From Oopsacas minuta (lineage: Eukaryota > Animalia > Porifera): 64,000 nucleotides of DNA. The notes beneath the pieces were generated by a model. That model was given only the letters and a program-made list of their open reading frames with translations. It did no database searches and was not told the origin of the DNA. Shown here piece by piece: positions 50,102 through 62,159 of the stretch. Position 1 is the stretch's first letter; every line of letters begins with the position of its first letter. A program made the translations under genes and the position numbers. The stretch spans positions 1-64,000 of the forward strand of contig JAKMXF010000337.1 of assembly GCA_024704765.1 (NCBI GenBank), in the 5' to 3' direction.

Positions 50102-52015
50102 CTAAAGGAAGTTCGGATTGCTGGGTTGAAAGGTATGAAGTGGGAAAATTGGCACATTAGTCACTTGACAATGGGAAGCTTCAGAGCTAGAGATTAGTAT
50201 GTTTGGTGATAATAGAGGATTAAGAATCTTGGAAAAATTTGTGCAATGTATGGGTTTACAATCAGAGATGCCCATATCTGGATTACCGAGTGGATTTGAA
50301 TAAAAGTTGGAAATAGGCGTACGTTTAATGGGAAATTGTTCATTATACTTCTCAATATTCGAGATCAAATTAAATGGGGAGTGATATTGTGGAATAAAAT
50401 TTAAATTGTGTACATTTTCTGTACAAGAAACTTTCAGACTATTGGCAGATTGATCACTTGATTGATTAATTGAGGATAGTCTCAAATGTAAAGGATTCAA
50501 GTTATAACATGTCGGATAACTATCATTTTGAGATAAATTTGAATCTATCCCTGATATATTGGGAAAATTTCTCCGAAATATAGTATAAGGTTGTGGAAAG
50601 GTTGATAAAGCCCTTGTACAGTGCAATCCAGTTTCTCTACTCCTGGTAAAACTACAATCAATATCTCGAAATGCTTTCGGATGTAAAATTGACCTGTTGA
50701 AACAATTCTTATTATGTAAGCTTAATGGATATAGCCCTTTCTCTCGCGATTCCTCTTCCCTCAAATGAGTTTCTCTGGCATAGATAGACCAAGCTATATT
50801 AGCATGATTCATACATATTCTACTCTTGTGAGGGTTCATCAAAGAACTTGAAATATTTTTGAGTTTTGTAGTAGCGTCAAATGAACCGATTTTTCCAAAG
50901 GTTGACATATATTTGTGAGGGACATTGGTAAAGTAAGGCAAAATATTAACTGTACTATGTTGTGCAAATGAATTAGGGGAATTCTCGTCCTTGTGGGTAG
51001 AAAGGGATTCAATACGGGGATATGGAGATGTTTCTGAAGTGGATATATAATTGGAGAGTAGATTGGCTTCATAAGTTAAAATATTTGAGCAATTGTACTT
51101 GATATTCGATGCAGGGCCAATAAGTGATGAACTAGAAGCATTCTTGCTTTCGGGAATTACAGGGATAAATTGAGGAAAAGTAGAATTTTTAGTTGTGTTT
51201 AGTGAGGTAATTGAACGATCGTCCAAATGAATCTCAGATTGAGAGGGTAATAATGAATTATATTCAAAGTCATTCCTAATACGTTCGTGATATGATACGC
51301 CATAAGGTACATTCGACTGACAAGCGTGATTAAGAGACGAAATGTCAGTTTCAAATGTATTTTGACTCAATATATTTTCGATTAGAAATGGATGAGATTT
51401 GTTAATAAAATTATTCTTTTTAGGTAGCGACTCAGTAGTTTGTTTTGTGTATATATTACCAACATCTGCTAAAGGAATTGTGGGAGATTTTGAATCATTT
51501 GAAGTACACTTTTTCGAAGTAGATTTTTCTGGGCTAGACAAATCATCAAATGAAGATTGAAATATTTGATGCCTCTCGGACAAAGAAGGAATGCAACTTT
51601 TGATATTACAATTCGAATTATGAAAACAAGGTTCATTAAAATATCCAGCAGATATAGAATTCTTGGGATTTAAAGAAGCATTTGAACGGAGATGATTCGC
51701 ATCAATATCCTCAAATATGTTGATAGAATTCCTGCCAAGACAATCATCACTAGAAGAATTAAAGTACATTGATAAGGGGGAATGACTTTCTAACTTTCTC
51801 AGGTCTGTATAAGAAGTAAACAGTATTCCTTCAACCAAATCTTGATCATTTTCAACAGAACAATCTGGACTATTATCCCTTTGATTGTAATGGAATATGC
51901 TACTGGGAGGTATACTATTTGTACGAGGGTAGTATAGCCCTAATCCATTCCTTGGTCGAAATTGGTAGATTCGAGAATAATGTGAATGGATTTTCCGTTT
52001 TGCTTTTCTACCCAT
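50102..52015 (-). CDS. 637-aa S/N/P-rich protein, candidate AUTS2/FBRSL1/Tay-family homolog, single coding exon
   Basis: 1.9-kb stop-free ORF. aa 57-76 DQDLVEGILFTSYTDLRKLE resembles AUTS2 [20 protein letters not shown]; aa ~400-412 CMNHANIAWSIY resembles AUTS2 CAMHVHIAWQIY; basic N-terminus. Reference motifs are from memory. Confidence 0.65.
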   Translation of the reverse strand: MGRKAKRKIHSHYSRIYQFRPRNGLGLYYPRTNSIPPSSIFHYNQRDNSPDCSVENDQDLVEGILFTSYTDLRKLESHSPLSMYFNSSSDDCLGRNSINIFEDIDANHLRSNASLNPKNSISAGYFNEPCFHNSNCNIKSCIPSLSERHQIFQSSFDDLSSPEKSTSKKCTSNDSKSPTIPLADVGNIYTKQTTESLPKKNNFINKSHPFLIENILSQNTFETDISSLNHACQSNVPYGVSYHERIRNDFEYNSLLPSQSEIHLDDRSITSLNTTKNSTFPQFIPVIPESKNASSSSLIGPASNIKYNCSNILTYEANLLSNYISTSETSPYPRIESLSTHKDENSPNSFAQHSTVNILPYFTNVPHKYMSTFGKIGSFDATTKLKNISSSLMNPHKSRICMNHANIAWSIYARETHLREEESREKGLYPLSLHNKNCFNRSILHPKAFRDIDCSFTRSRETGLHCTRALSTFPQPYTIFRRNFPNISGIDSNLSQNDSYPTCYNLNPLHLRLSSINQSSDQSANSLKVSCTENVHNLNFIPQYHSPFNLISNIEKYNEQFPIKRTPISNFYSNPLGNPDMGISDCKPIHCTNFSKILNPLLSPNILISSSEASHCQVTNVPIFPLHTFQPSNPNFL

Positions 52016-52184
52016 TAATAGTGTATAACTAAAGAATTAAAACCAATAAAGCGTTAGTCAAGATAGTGAAGGGAAGGCTACGGATTGATGGAATATATGG
52101 CTTTGAATAAGATGACCATTGTTCAGGATAAATGCTGGACAGTCAGGATTTTCTCCCAAATCCCTATTTGTCCAAGATATTAAT

Positions 52185-52449
52185 CAGTACACCCTCGAAT
52201 ATCCAAACACCTTGGTCATAAACTTAAATTTTGGAGTTCGGAGCTCAGGGTCAGGGATATGTGAAATCGTGAATATGTAATTCGTATATGAAACTGCATA
52301 TTTATTACTCTAGGGGCCTACAATGGCAACACAATTAAAAAACCTAGTACGAATATGGTATAAACAATCCCGTAGAGACTAAATTCGGAAAACTAATGTT
52401 ATCCCTGATTTTCGGATGGCTGAGGTGTCGACTAATCGAGGCTGCACTG
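52185..52449. mobile_element. pogo/Tigger-type MITE relic
   Basis: CAGTACACCCTCGAATATCCAAACACCT versus the reverse-complemented right end CAGTGCAGCCTCGATTAGTCGACACCT; TA after the right end. Confidence 0.5.
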
Positions 52450-52609
52450 TACATGAGTAATGAATTCTAGATAGTAATATTTTTAATAAAACGATATTAA
52501 AATTATTTGACTACAGAACAACGCCCCTGAAGATGTGGAACTTACCCAAAGTACTATTTCTACACATCAGAACCCATTTCAGAACCTTCATACAGCATGC
52601 AGCAATAAA

Positions 52610-52627
52610 TCTATATTATTAAATCTT

Positions 52628-52680
<53 letters not shown>
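52610..52680 (+). repeat. (TG)24 microsatellite behind a Helitron-like 5' end
   Basis: A|TCTATATTATTAAATCTTAAG at 52610, followed by TG x24 (52631-52678). Confidence 0.8.
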
Positions 52681-52682
<2 letters not shown>

Positions 52683-52973
52683 TCAATGTCTATTTATCCT
52701 AAAAGACAGACAGATTGATATCCAGTTATCCTATATACTTCCTATAGCTCAAAATATAATGTACATTGTTGTACATATCTTATAATATGTATAAACCCAT
52801 CAATAACGATGTGAAAACGCATATACTTGGGATATTCAGAGTGCACTTTAGAACTAAATCATTCGTCTTGCAAAACGACAGACTTCAGACCAGTTATTCC
52901 TCCTAGTAAAGGGGACCCGAACAATGAATTTGGATACAAGTTCTTGAGTAATTTAATATAATATATATATATA

Positions 52974-53693
52974 CTAGCGCGCTACGCTTGCTTGCGAACA
53001 CTTCGTGTCCGCATTCGGGCCTTCGGTCCTCGCTTTGGGGAAAGTTACTTTTGCTGTTCCAAATTTAATAATTGTTTGCTGTTTAGTTGTAAACAACAAC
53101 AAATATCAATCACGTTGTTGGAAATTTCATATTCATATTTCAATGCACACAATTAACAAAACTCCAAAGTAAGGGCTCGCGCAAATACAACTATTTATCA
53201 AATGTTGGTGACAATATCATATTTTAAATCAGCACACCCGATTACCCAATAATAATCGTTGAAACCGCGTTTCCCGAATAATTATTAAGTTTGTTTACTT
53301 TTTAGTCGTAAACAACAACAAATATTAATCACATGTTAGTAACAATGTCATATTCGGAATCAGCGCACCGGGTTACCTAACCTAATCGTACTATGTTTCT
53401 GGGAAAATTTTGAAATTTCAATGAATTTATTTACTTTATAATCGTTAAAAACAACATTAAATTTACATATGACAAACTCAAAAATGTGAAATTCGGATTC
53501 ACCATATTCAATAATCTTTAGTCAATTTTTATGGAATTTGTTTCCTTTACTGATTAACACCACAGACAAAGAGATACAAACATTTTGGCAATACGAGTTA
53601 TGATTCAACATTCCATTTCAGCTTTCCTAGCAACATACAAACAGACAAACAAACAAACAAACAGACGACAATTGAGATTTAGTAATACTAATA
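52974..53693 (-). mobile_element. Non-autonomous Helitron-family element, ~720 bp
   Basis: 3' CTAG|T at 52974 preceded by three hairpins; degenerate 5' end TATTAGTATTACTAAATCTCAATTG plus (GTTT)n; internal subrepeats shared with 32.2-32.8 kb and 19.4-19.5 kb. Confidence 0.7.
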
Positions 53694-55199
53694 CTTTACC
53701 ATTTTACTATTTCAACTTTGTCCCCATATACATGTGACTAAGTGTTCACTACGTTCGCTACCCTTTCTTCGCTCTGAATATGACACTGACTGTTAATCCG
53801 CATGCGCTATGTACTTTAAATTAAATGGTTCATGGGCTAGAAGGAGCTTGTGACGATAGCGTAATCTGGGGTTTGTAACTTGAGTCCTGGTCTAAAATGG
53901 CTTCTAGAAGGGCTAGAGACACTATCTCGGGTCCATATAAGGGATTTTGAGGACAGCGGTTCAATGGCGCCATTTTCAACACCGCCTGGGGTAATCTTAA
54001 ACGTCAAAAGGTCATATTTCCAGGTCAAATGGGTGAATTTTGGTAATTTTTGCTCGTTTTTTCTGTCTAACTAATAAACGGGAGAGATTCTGATTGTAAT
54101 GAGACGCAGCAGTGTATAGCAGCCCAAATTTGATATTAATTCTCATATACCGTATTGCTTTAAATACGCGCCCCGGACTTATTTTTTTCGTGGATGAGTA
54201 AACCTCGGCGCTTATTCACACTTCACCACATCTCCGTAGATATTACTGAAGCCCTGGTAAACATTTTCATTGGGTGCCACTGCCTTAGTTTATAGAATGC
54301 TATGACAGTATATATTCAATATATTTATTTTTTCTGGACGGAGGTGAATAATTGGGGGTACAATTGCAGAATCTTACACCACCAACCTTTTTAATGTGGT
54401 CAAAAATCCCTATATGTACCGTTCAGGAACTCGTTGAGAGAAGTTGATAGAGCTAAGATATCCAAAATCGGATTAAAATTGACAAAGTTACGAAACATTT
54501 ACTCCCTAAGCCAAATCCTATGAGGAAAATTGTATTACTCACTATAGTCAAATTGTATTGATTTAAACATTACAATTACCATAGGAATGCGCATACTGTT
54601 GAGATTGCGGTTATACACACTTGTTGCTCTACTCTTTCATGTTCATTTGTTTGCTATTCAGTGTATTTCACTGCAGGTAATTCTTTTTACGCTAAAGGAA
54701 AGCTGGTTATTACATAATTCTGTCTGCAACACTAAATATACAATGCAACATTTCATTTCATATTTTATACTATGGCACCTCGATAATTCGACCTAGTTAA
54801 TCGAATTCCCGATATGACACATATATTTGCATATATTCTGTTTCCTAAAATGGCAGTTTAATTTGTATTACTCCGGCCAAGGCAAACCAATTTTGATCGT
54901 TCGTTTGTGTTCATATCAATGTTAGAATCAATTCATGTACTATTTAATCGCATAGTTATGATTCAGCTTCTTTCCAGGTGCGTTAGTAATGTTGGAACAA
55001 AGTTTTCATGGGTTTCTACACATGATCATTGGCAGAATATTTAATATATGACACCTCATGGCTGGATATAATACTATGGGTAGTAGTTATATTTGGAGTA
55101 ACTAATTAGTATCGGCTTTCTATACACTACTTTAACTACAAATCTACAATATAACAAGTAGTGCTACAAAAGAAACACCAAAGCAGAAGTATGGTACAG

Positions 55200-56141
55200 T
55201 TAGACAACTGGATATTGTTTCCTTATTTCCATGATAAGGTTGGAGAAAGTAGCTTCTCCATATTTCTTCTGCCAATAAACTTCAGATAAGTGGGTATCTA
55301 ATAGTATGGGGTTAGTAGTCATGCAATTCCTCAGCCGTTTCTTCGCACTACCCCATGTACTCTCAACTGTTTGCGTATGTACACCTGTAGTAGGGTCAAC
55401 AAAATTGAGACTATGGTTGAAGGTGAGATGCTGAAAACTTGAAGCTGGGATAGAATTATACGATGCCCATTCGTCAGAAAGCATGGTAATGCCCGGAAGA
55501 ATATATCTCTGGATGAGAGGGACTAATGTTGCAGCCGACTTGTCTTGAACAGGTATCATAAAGACATCTTTTGTCTCTCTATCTATTCCTCCAAATACCC
55601 ATTGACCTGATAGCATACGACCTCTTGAATACTTTCGATGTCCAAACTTTGATTCATCTATTCTACAATATGTCCAGGCCCTCCAATTGGTTCAGGATTG
55701 ACTAAAGTTCCTTAACACATTGGTCTCTGAGGAAGTTCTTCCAGTCTGTTAGAGTATGCTCTCCCCACCCAGATTCTTGTGTAAAAAGGCAGTAGTTTGC
55801 AGATTATCGGCCCAGAAATAGAGAAATTCTACCAACTCAGTTAACGGTATATGAGCACCTTCAAAGAATGAGCCAATCCTCATCGAAGCGAATTTCTTGC
55901 ATGACATTTCCGGGCACCTCCACCCCTTTCCATCTGCAATACCTGAAAATGTTCCGGGTCGCATGATTTTACCGCATTTGCACATCATCCCGGTAGCTAA
56001 AAGTCCGTTACTTTTGAGCCATGCTATACAAGTATCTTCATCAATAGTGATATTACGAAAAAGTTGTCTTAAGGTCATTTCTTCAATAACTGAGAATATT
56101 GTAGGATCCAGCAGAGGTTGAAACGATGGAGCAACTGCCAT
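55200..56141 (-). pseudogene. Merlin transposase pseudogene
   Basis: CKC...CPEMSC, IDESKFGHRKYSRGR, WVFGGIDR, SDEWASY, NHS, HTQTVESTW and HLSEVYWQ; frameshifts between 55620 and 55770. Confidence 0.9.
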
Positions 56142-56601
56142 TAAGGATTTTATAATAGTAATATCACAACTCGAATAATTAGGATTTGTTAGTTATATTT
56201 CCCTGATATTCCTTTTATACTTGACTTAAGATTGATCGAAATATATTGCATGATCGTTTGGAATGTATTCTTTAAGTATAGGTAATAATTACATGTGGTT
56301 TGCATGCCACTTTCCTAAACTATTTGTTGTTCAACTCAGTAACCAGACAAACAGCATTCCGATTATACTAAATTTTGTATGCAATAGATACTGGTATAAC
56401 TATGAACACATCAACAAATCTATACAATAGAAATTACATCTGAAATTACATCTGAAACCACATATTTTTACCACACTTCTCATGTTTAATCTCAAGCATA
56501 TTTACCATATTTTAGGTGATTGTTGGTTGTAGAGAAAATTTATGTAAATAATCCCATAATCAAATAAATTTCTCATTCGGATCGTTATATTGTCTTCCGA
56601 T

Positions 56602-59600
56602 CAAGGGCGTAAATCCATGTCACAAAGTGGGGGGACATTTTCACAAAGAATTCTACAAACTCCGAGCGTAGTGAGCAACGGTAATAGGTCTTGGAGAGCA
56701 CGCACATTCCTTCATTTTTTAATTCTTAAACGGACTAATATTGATCAACGGATATTCTTAGCACCCAATGGAGTCCGAATTTTTATTTGGTTTATACTAA
56801 CAATACTTTCATAAATGAGAATAAAACTACATACATACTATAATAATATTACCATATTTAGTGAAAAGTTCCAAAAATCTTCCTACGATTATCTGATTGC
56901 TCGATAAATATTCTTCAGTTGACGCACATCAACTTTATCAAGTTTTTCACGGTGTACGTGGCAAACTGAAACACAATTCAATCTAGGCTGGGTCATTGTA
57001 GCTCTGAGCCAAGTTTTTAGACGTCTTAAAGCGGAAAAACTGCGCTCGCACTCGCACGAAGAAACAGGACACACAAGTAACAACTTCAGTAGAACAACTA
57101 CCTGTGGAAACAAGGAGCGTACTTCAGGTGTCATACTCCGATAAGACAGTTTTGCATCATTTAACGTATCTGGCTTGTAGTTATGTTTGAACATCTCTAA
57201 CTGCATTTGTAGAGAACATTTATCAAGTTCAGGATACTTAGAAATCACATCTAAATAACTTTTCCAGACGTTAGCATGTTCTCCAACTTCACGTATTGGG
57301 CTAATCCAGATTTGCTAAGATCATACCTGTCTGATAGACCTTTGCTTACAGCATCGATGAACTCAAGATACTGCTTCTTGTAATGTTCTTCAGGATTGGC
57401 AGGTTGATCTCGTGCAACTTGATCAGCATATCTTTTTGGAGGGCAACGTCTTCTTGGAATCTCTAGTGGATCCAGTTGGTATGTTTTACCTTTCTCCTCT
57501 GCAGCAATAAATATTTCGTGGAACACTTCATCTGAATACCATGCTCGGATAGACTCAGTTGATATTTTTACAGTTTCCAGCATTCCAGATACAGTAGCTG
57601 ATTTTGCTTGCAATACACTATTCAACTGCTCTAGAAGTGCTACTGGCCTAGCTGCTATCATCAATCCAAGTAATGTCTCGCCTTTCTGAAAACGATCTAG
57701 AAGCCCGTTTGCTTTTGTTGCGGATTCCGTAACACCAACATCAGCCATTTCTTTTAAGCTGAGCAAAATAGTAGAGTAGTTATCGAGTGCTGATTGAATG
57801 GCTGGTAGTCTGCACAACCGCCTAGTTGTGCAAAGCGGTTTGATCGCAGAAGGATGTAGACTTTCGGATTCATTTGATACGCAAATTGCTCTGAACATAG
57901 CCCTGTACTTACCAGATCTATTCATGAGGACGCCTAGTTCATTTGTCCACTGTAAGGCGTTTCGAACCAATTGACTGGATATTACGGCATTTTGCATCAC
58001 GAGGTTTGAAATATGCGATGTACAGTGAAAATAGAGCGCTAAAGGCTGACATTGTCTTACTCTTGCCTGGCAACCAGTGTAATGTCCACTCATGTTTGCA
58101 GCTCCATCGTACGTTTGGGCGCGTAGATTGCTTAATGGTAATGCAAACCGAGTTAAGACATCAAATACCATTCCTGCAATAGATTCACTGGTAGTAGTAG
58201 GAATTTCATATATACCGACAAAATCTTCGCGTACATGTAGATCGGAGTTAACGTGCCTCAGACATATGGACTCTTGCTCTCGACCACTAACATCTTGTGT
58301 CCCATCAACAATAATGGCGAAACATCCATGCTTTTGAATGTCACTCACCACCTCTCTTACAATGCAATGACTGAACATTTCCATCATTTCTTCTTGTCCA
58401 CGAGGAGAAATATAATTAGTTGTTCGTTTCAGATACATCCCTAGATTGGGATGATCTTCTGACCTAAGTTTCAAAAGCTGAAAATAATTTCCAGAAGTCT
58501 CATCATGGCCACGAATTGCAGAGCCTTGTCTTAGTAAATATCTTATCGTAGTAAATAATTTCAAAAGTGAATTTCTTGAAATTTCTTGTTCTTTTAGTTT
58601 CAGTGTGTTCATTTGGACATTTACAGCGGGCCTTTTGATTGCGGAAATCTGATTTATTGCTAGTTGGTGTGTGCGTGACATTTGATGTGACCTAAACTTT
58701 TCATGGGCCTTCTTCCAGTTGTCAAACCCATTTAGAATGAATGCTGGATCTTTACATCTGGCTAAATCTATTAATCCTAAGGCACTAGCTTTTGAGCAGT
58801 AGAAACACAGAACTTTTTTCAGACCCGAACTGTAATGTAGCCACTGATATTCTTGATACCAGTTTTTCTGGAAATGAAGTGATCGTGATGGTAGTAGTTG
58901 AACAGGATGACCGATATGTCTGGCTGATTTGGCTTGCCCAAACTGGTTATGTTGTTTGCAATAGACATGCTCGAAACTGATATCGAACTACTTGAACCAT
59001 GTAAATAACAGGATCCAGGTGTAGGCAAATCCAGAGGGTCAGGGTCATCACTGTCCAAATGTTGGGGTGTGTCATCAACGCAAACTGCGATGGAAGAGTT
59101 CCTAGAACCAGATATCGACTGCTGACAACAGGAATCATTTGAGTTAAAATTAAGCTGAAGATCTTGTTCGTCATTTTCTGCTAAGCTAAGTATGACGGCA
59201 CAGGGTACACAGCTTTGACTTGAACCTGCTATTTCAGTGGTGCTAGACTCTAACGTGGGATATACTACAGGCTGTTCGGGAATAAGAGAAAGACTAGAGA
59301 TAGAACTGGGCTGACGATTATGTTCATCACTAACGTTGGTCTGCTCATCCTGCGGGATGTCTTTGAAAAATCTCTTAATTCCAGTCAGTTTTGCCCTCTT
59401 TGAAATAGCATCGTTTCGAGACATGGGTTTCAATCGGTTTCTTTAAGGAGATAATGAAGTTATTATCTGGAACGATGGGACGCTAATAGTACATAAAGGG
59501 GTCAATAAATCAAAACGACTGGAAGAGAAAATTTGTCATTAAAATATTCAATGGGAATTATTATATATATCTGTATTATAAACAATTTCAAAGATGAAAA

Positions 59601-59690
59601 AGTGGGGGGGACAATTTATATAGGCGTCCCCTCCAGTCCAAAAAGTGGGGGGACGCGTCCCCCCCGTCCCCCCCTGGATTTACGCCCCTG
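56602..59690 (-). mobile_element. Complete hAT element, 3089 bp
   Basis: 16-bp TIR CA(A/G)GGGCGTAAATCCA; exact 8-bp TSD CTTCCGAT at 56594-56601 and 59691-59698. Confidence 0.95.
56889..59433 (-). pseudogene. ZMYM1-like hAT transposase with about two frameshifts
   Basis: TTF-type zinc finger (FQKNWYQEYQWLHY..LCFYC..NWK..H), IIVDGTQDVS, QTYDGAANMSG, HCTSH and SCECERSFSALRRLKTWLRATMTQPRLN. Confidence 0.9.
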
Positions 59691-61882
59691 CTTCCGATAA
59701 CAATAATTAATAAATAGAATTTGATTTGGCCATATTCATCCCAAATTAGGCGATGTACCTAGTACATAGCTTATTACAATTTCCTAAATCAAGAGAAAAT
59801 CGTCTTGAGTGAGTTATTAATTTTCGCTCGATTACCTAAATTTGTCCTAATTAAGGGGAGTTGACTGTCTAATAATACTGGCATTGTTTGGACGCAGGAA
59901 TCATCACATCTCACCATTAATATAAATTGCTAATTATTGGTTCGGAGCGACCGCCGAACCTGTTACACCACCTCATAAGGCCCTGTACTGTAAACTTCCG
60001 TTATAAGCTAACATCAATTATATGGCTAAACTCACGCTATAACAAAGTGATTCACAAACCCCCTCCAGCTTGAAAGTATTGATCTTACTCCGCATATACC
60101 CTAATGCTGCAGATCACGAAATGTAGCCGCGTTCCGTACCAGTCCAGAACACTTCGCTATAATGAGAATGTGTTGCAGTTACAAACTGATTACACTTGAT
60201 CAAGTTTATCTATAATAGACATTTGACCCCACACATTTGGTTCAGGCAAGAAATACCACCCGTATTATATTAGCTATCCAAAACTTGATACTTTTGCTCT
60301 GCACTGGCTAAACATTATCGGAGTATTACAGGACAAGTGTCAACCCCATACTTGCCAGCATGAGTGAAGATAAAATGCGGGACAGAAGGGGATAATTGAG
60401 CGGGACATCGTCGGATGCAGCATATTTGTATTAGACTGGACTACAAAATAGAGGGACAATTAAGGGTTTTGTCAAGTTTTGGCTGGACATTAGCTTCATT
60501 AGCAGTCAACACATATTCGGGGCGAGTAATCGTGGTGTCCCGCCAACCAACGGAATAATTGGCAAGCATAGTCCGTTTGAACCACTTCACATACAAGTTG
60601 CAATTTAGTTGCAAGCATAATATTAAATGCAATATTGCATTGTATATTTAGTGTTGTAGACAGAGTTATGTAATAACCAGCTTTCCTTTAAAGTAGCAAG
60701 AATTACCTGCAGTGAAATACACTGAATAGCAAACAAATGAACATGAAAGAGTAGAGCAACAAGCGTGTATAACCGCAATCTCAACAGTATGCGCATTCCT
60801 ATGGTAATTGTAATGTTTGAATCAATACAATTTGACTATAGTGAGTAATACAATTTTCCTCATAGGATTTGGCTTAGGGAGTAAATGTTTCGTAACTTTG
60901 TCAATTTTAATCCGATTTTGGAGTTCTTTAGCTCTATCAACTTCTCTCAACGAGTTCCTGAACGGTGCATATAGGGATTTTTGACCACATTAAAAAGGTT
61001 GGTGGTGTAAGATTCTGCAATTGTACCGGATTTCATTTTTATGACTTCTCATTCCTTTAATTAATAGATATATTATTTCAAATTTTCTATTTGGTTTTGA
61101 CTTTTGATTTCATTTTACGTATATTCGTTTTCTTGTAATCATTTTTGATTATTTGTTTATTAAAGGTAAGCATCTTAATCCATTGCAATATTTTTATTTG
61201 AATAATTTCATTGGCAAGTACACTCGAAACTCCGAGTCCCGGGCAGTGTCATCCGAAGGGTGCCCGTAACTTGGATTTGCCCCGATCTAAGGACAACCGT
61301 CGCTCTATGGTATAGTTATAACATACCTCGAATAATAATTGTCACTAGTGTTTAGTTCAAATTGATAGCGAGAACATTCCCATCACTCAGTTTCTAAGTT
61401 ACTGCGAGTCAATTTCTAAGTTACTTTCATTATATGGGTGCCTGGATCTTGGAGGTCCGAATCTTGGAGGTGCGAGTGTGTAAGCATTGCTTCAGGAATA
61501 CTTAAGTAATTATAATTTTCAAAAAACTTTTCATAATCAAACATTTTTCGAAAAATCATTACTGTTTGTTCAAGCACAATTAATAAATAGTAGAACTCGA
61601 GTAAGACGTACCCACTTTGAGGAAGCACCCCTTTAAGATAGACCATAAATAGTCCCAACTTACACCTTTCTCTGCAGTGTCCCATGTACACAAATGCTAT
61701 TCATATATCATGTCACGAATTGTATTTATCTCGTAAACCATACGTAAGTAAATATATTTAGTAAATTTTATTGATATAAACTAATATTAGATGCCGTTTG
61801 CCTTCCCAATTTTTGTAAAGAAGTTGGATGATAAACAACTAATTTATTTATATGACCTAATGTAATTCGATATAATCTAGTA

Positions 61883-62093
61883 AGTACAACCTCTATAAGT
61901 GGGGGAATTTTGGATCTTCTTTGTTCATTTCCATCTCAGGGTATACTATTTACATTAATTAATTAATTAATTAAAAGAATAGTCGAAGCAATTAGCAAAA
62001 ATACGCACTTCATAGTACGAATTATAATCGGGGAATGGCGGGCAATTCCAATTTCGCCGCTCCAATGCTCCCCCACTTATAGAGGTTGCACTG
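61883..62093. mobile_element. ~210-bp MITE with pogo-type TIR
   Basis: AGTACAACCTCTATAAGTGGGGGA versus the reverse-complemented right end CAGTGCAACCTCTATAAGTGGGGGAG; TA flanks. Confidence 0.75.
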
Positions 62094-62159
62094 TATTCTA
62101 AAAGAACTTATAGATTAACTACATAGCTATTTTAAATCAAATTTATTTGTAAACACATA

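Larger units (their letters stand above)
54357..61027 (-). mobile_element. Merlin element D with ~400-bp TIRs, containing a nested hAT
   Basis: 54357-~54765 is the inverted copy of ~60620-61027; termini GGTACAATT as in Merlin C; no matching TSD visible. Confidence 0.85.

Noticed and set aside
53837-54074. Overlapping 63-64 aa ORFs in a GC-richer patch as a host exon
   Set aside because: No recognisable domain; the patch sits between repeats and contains AAAATGGC-type motifs also seen in other TE-like sequence here.
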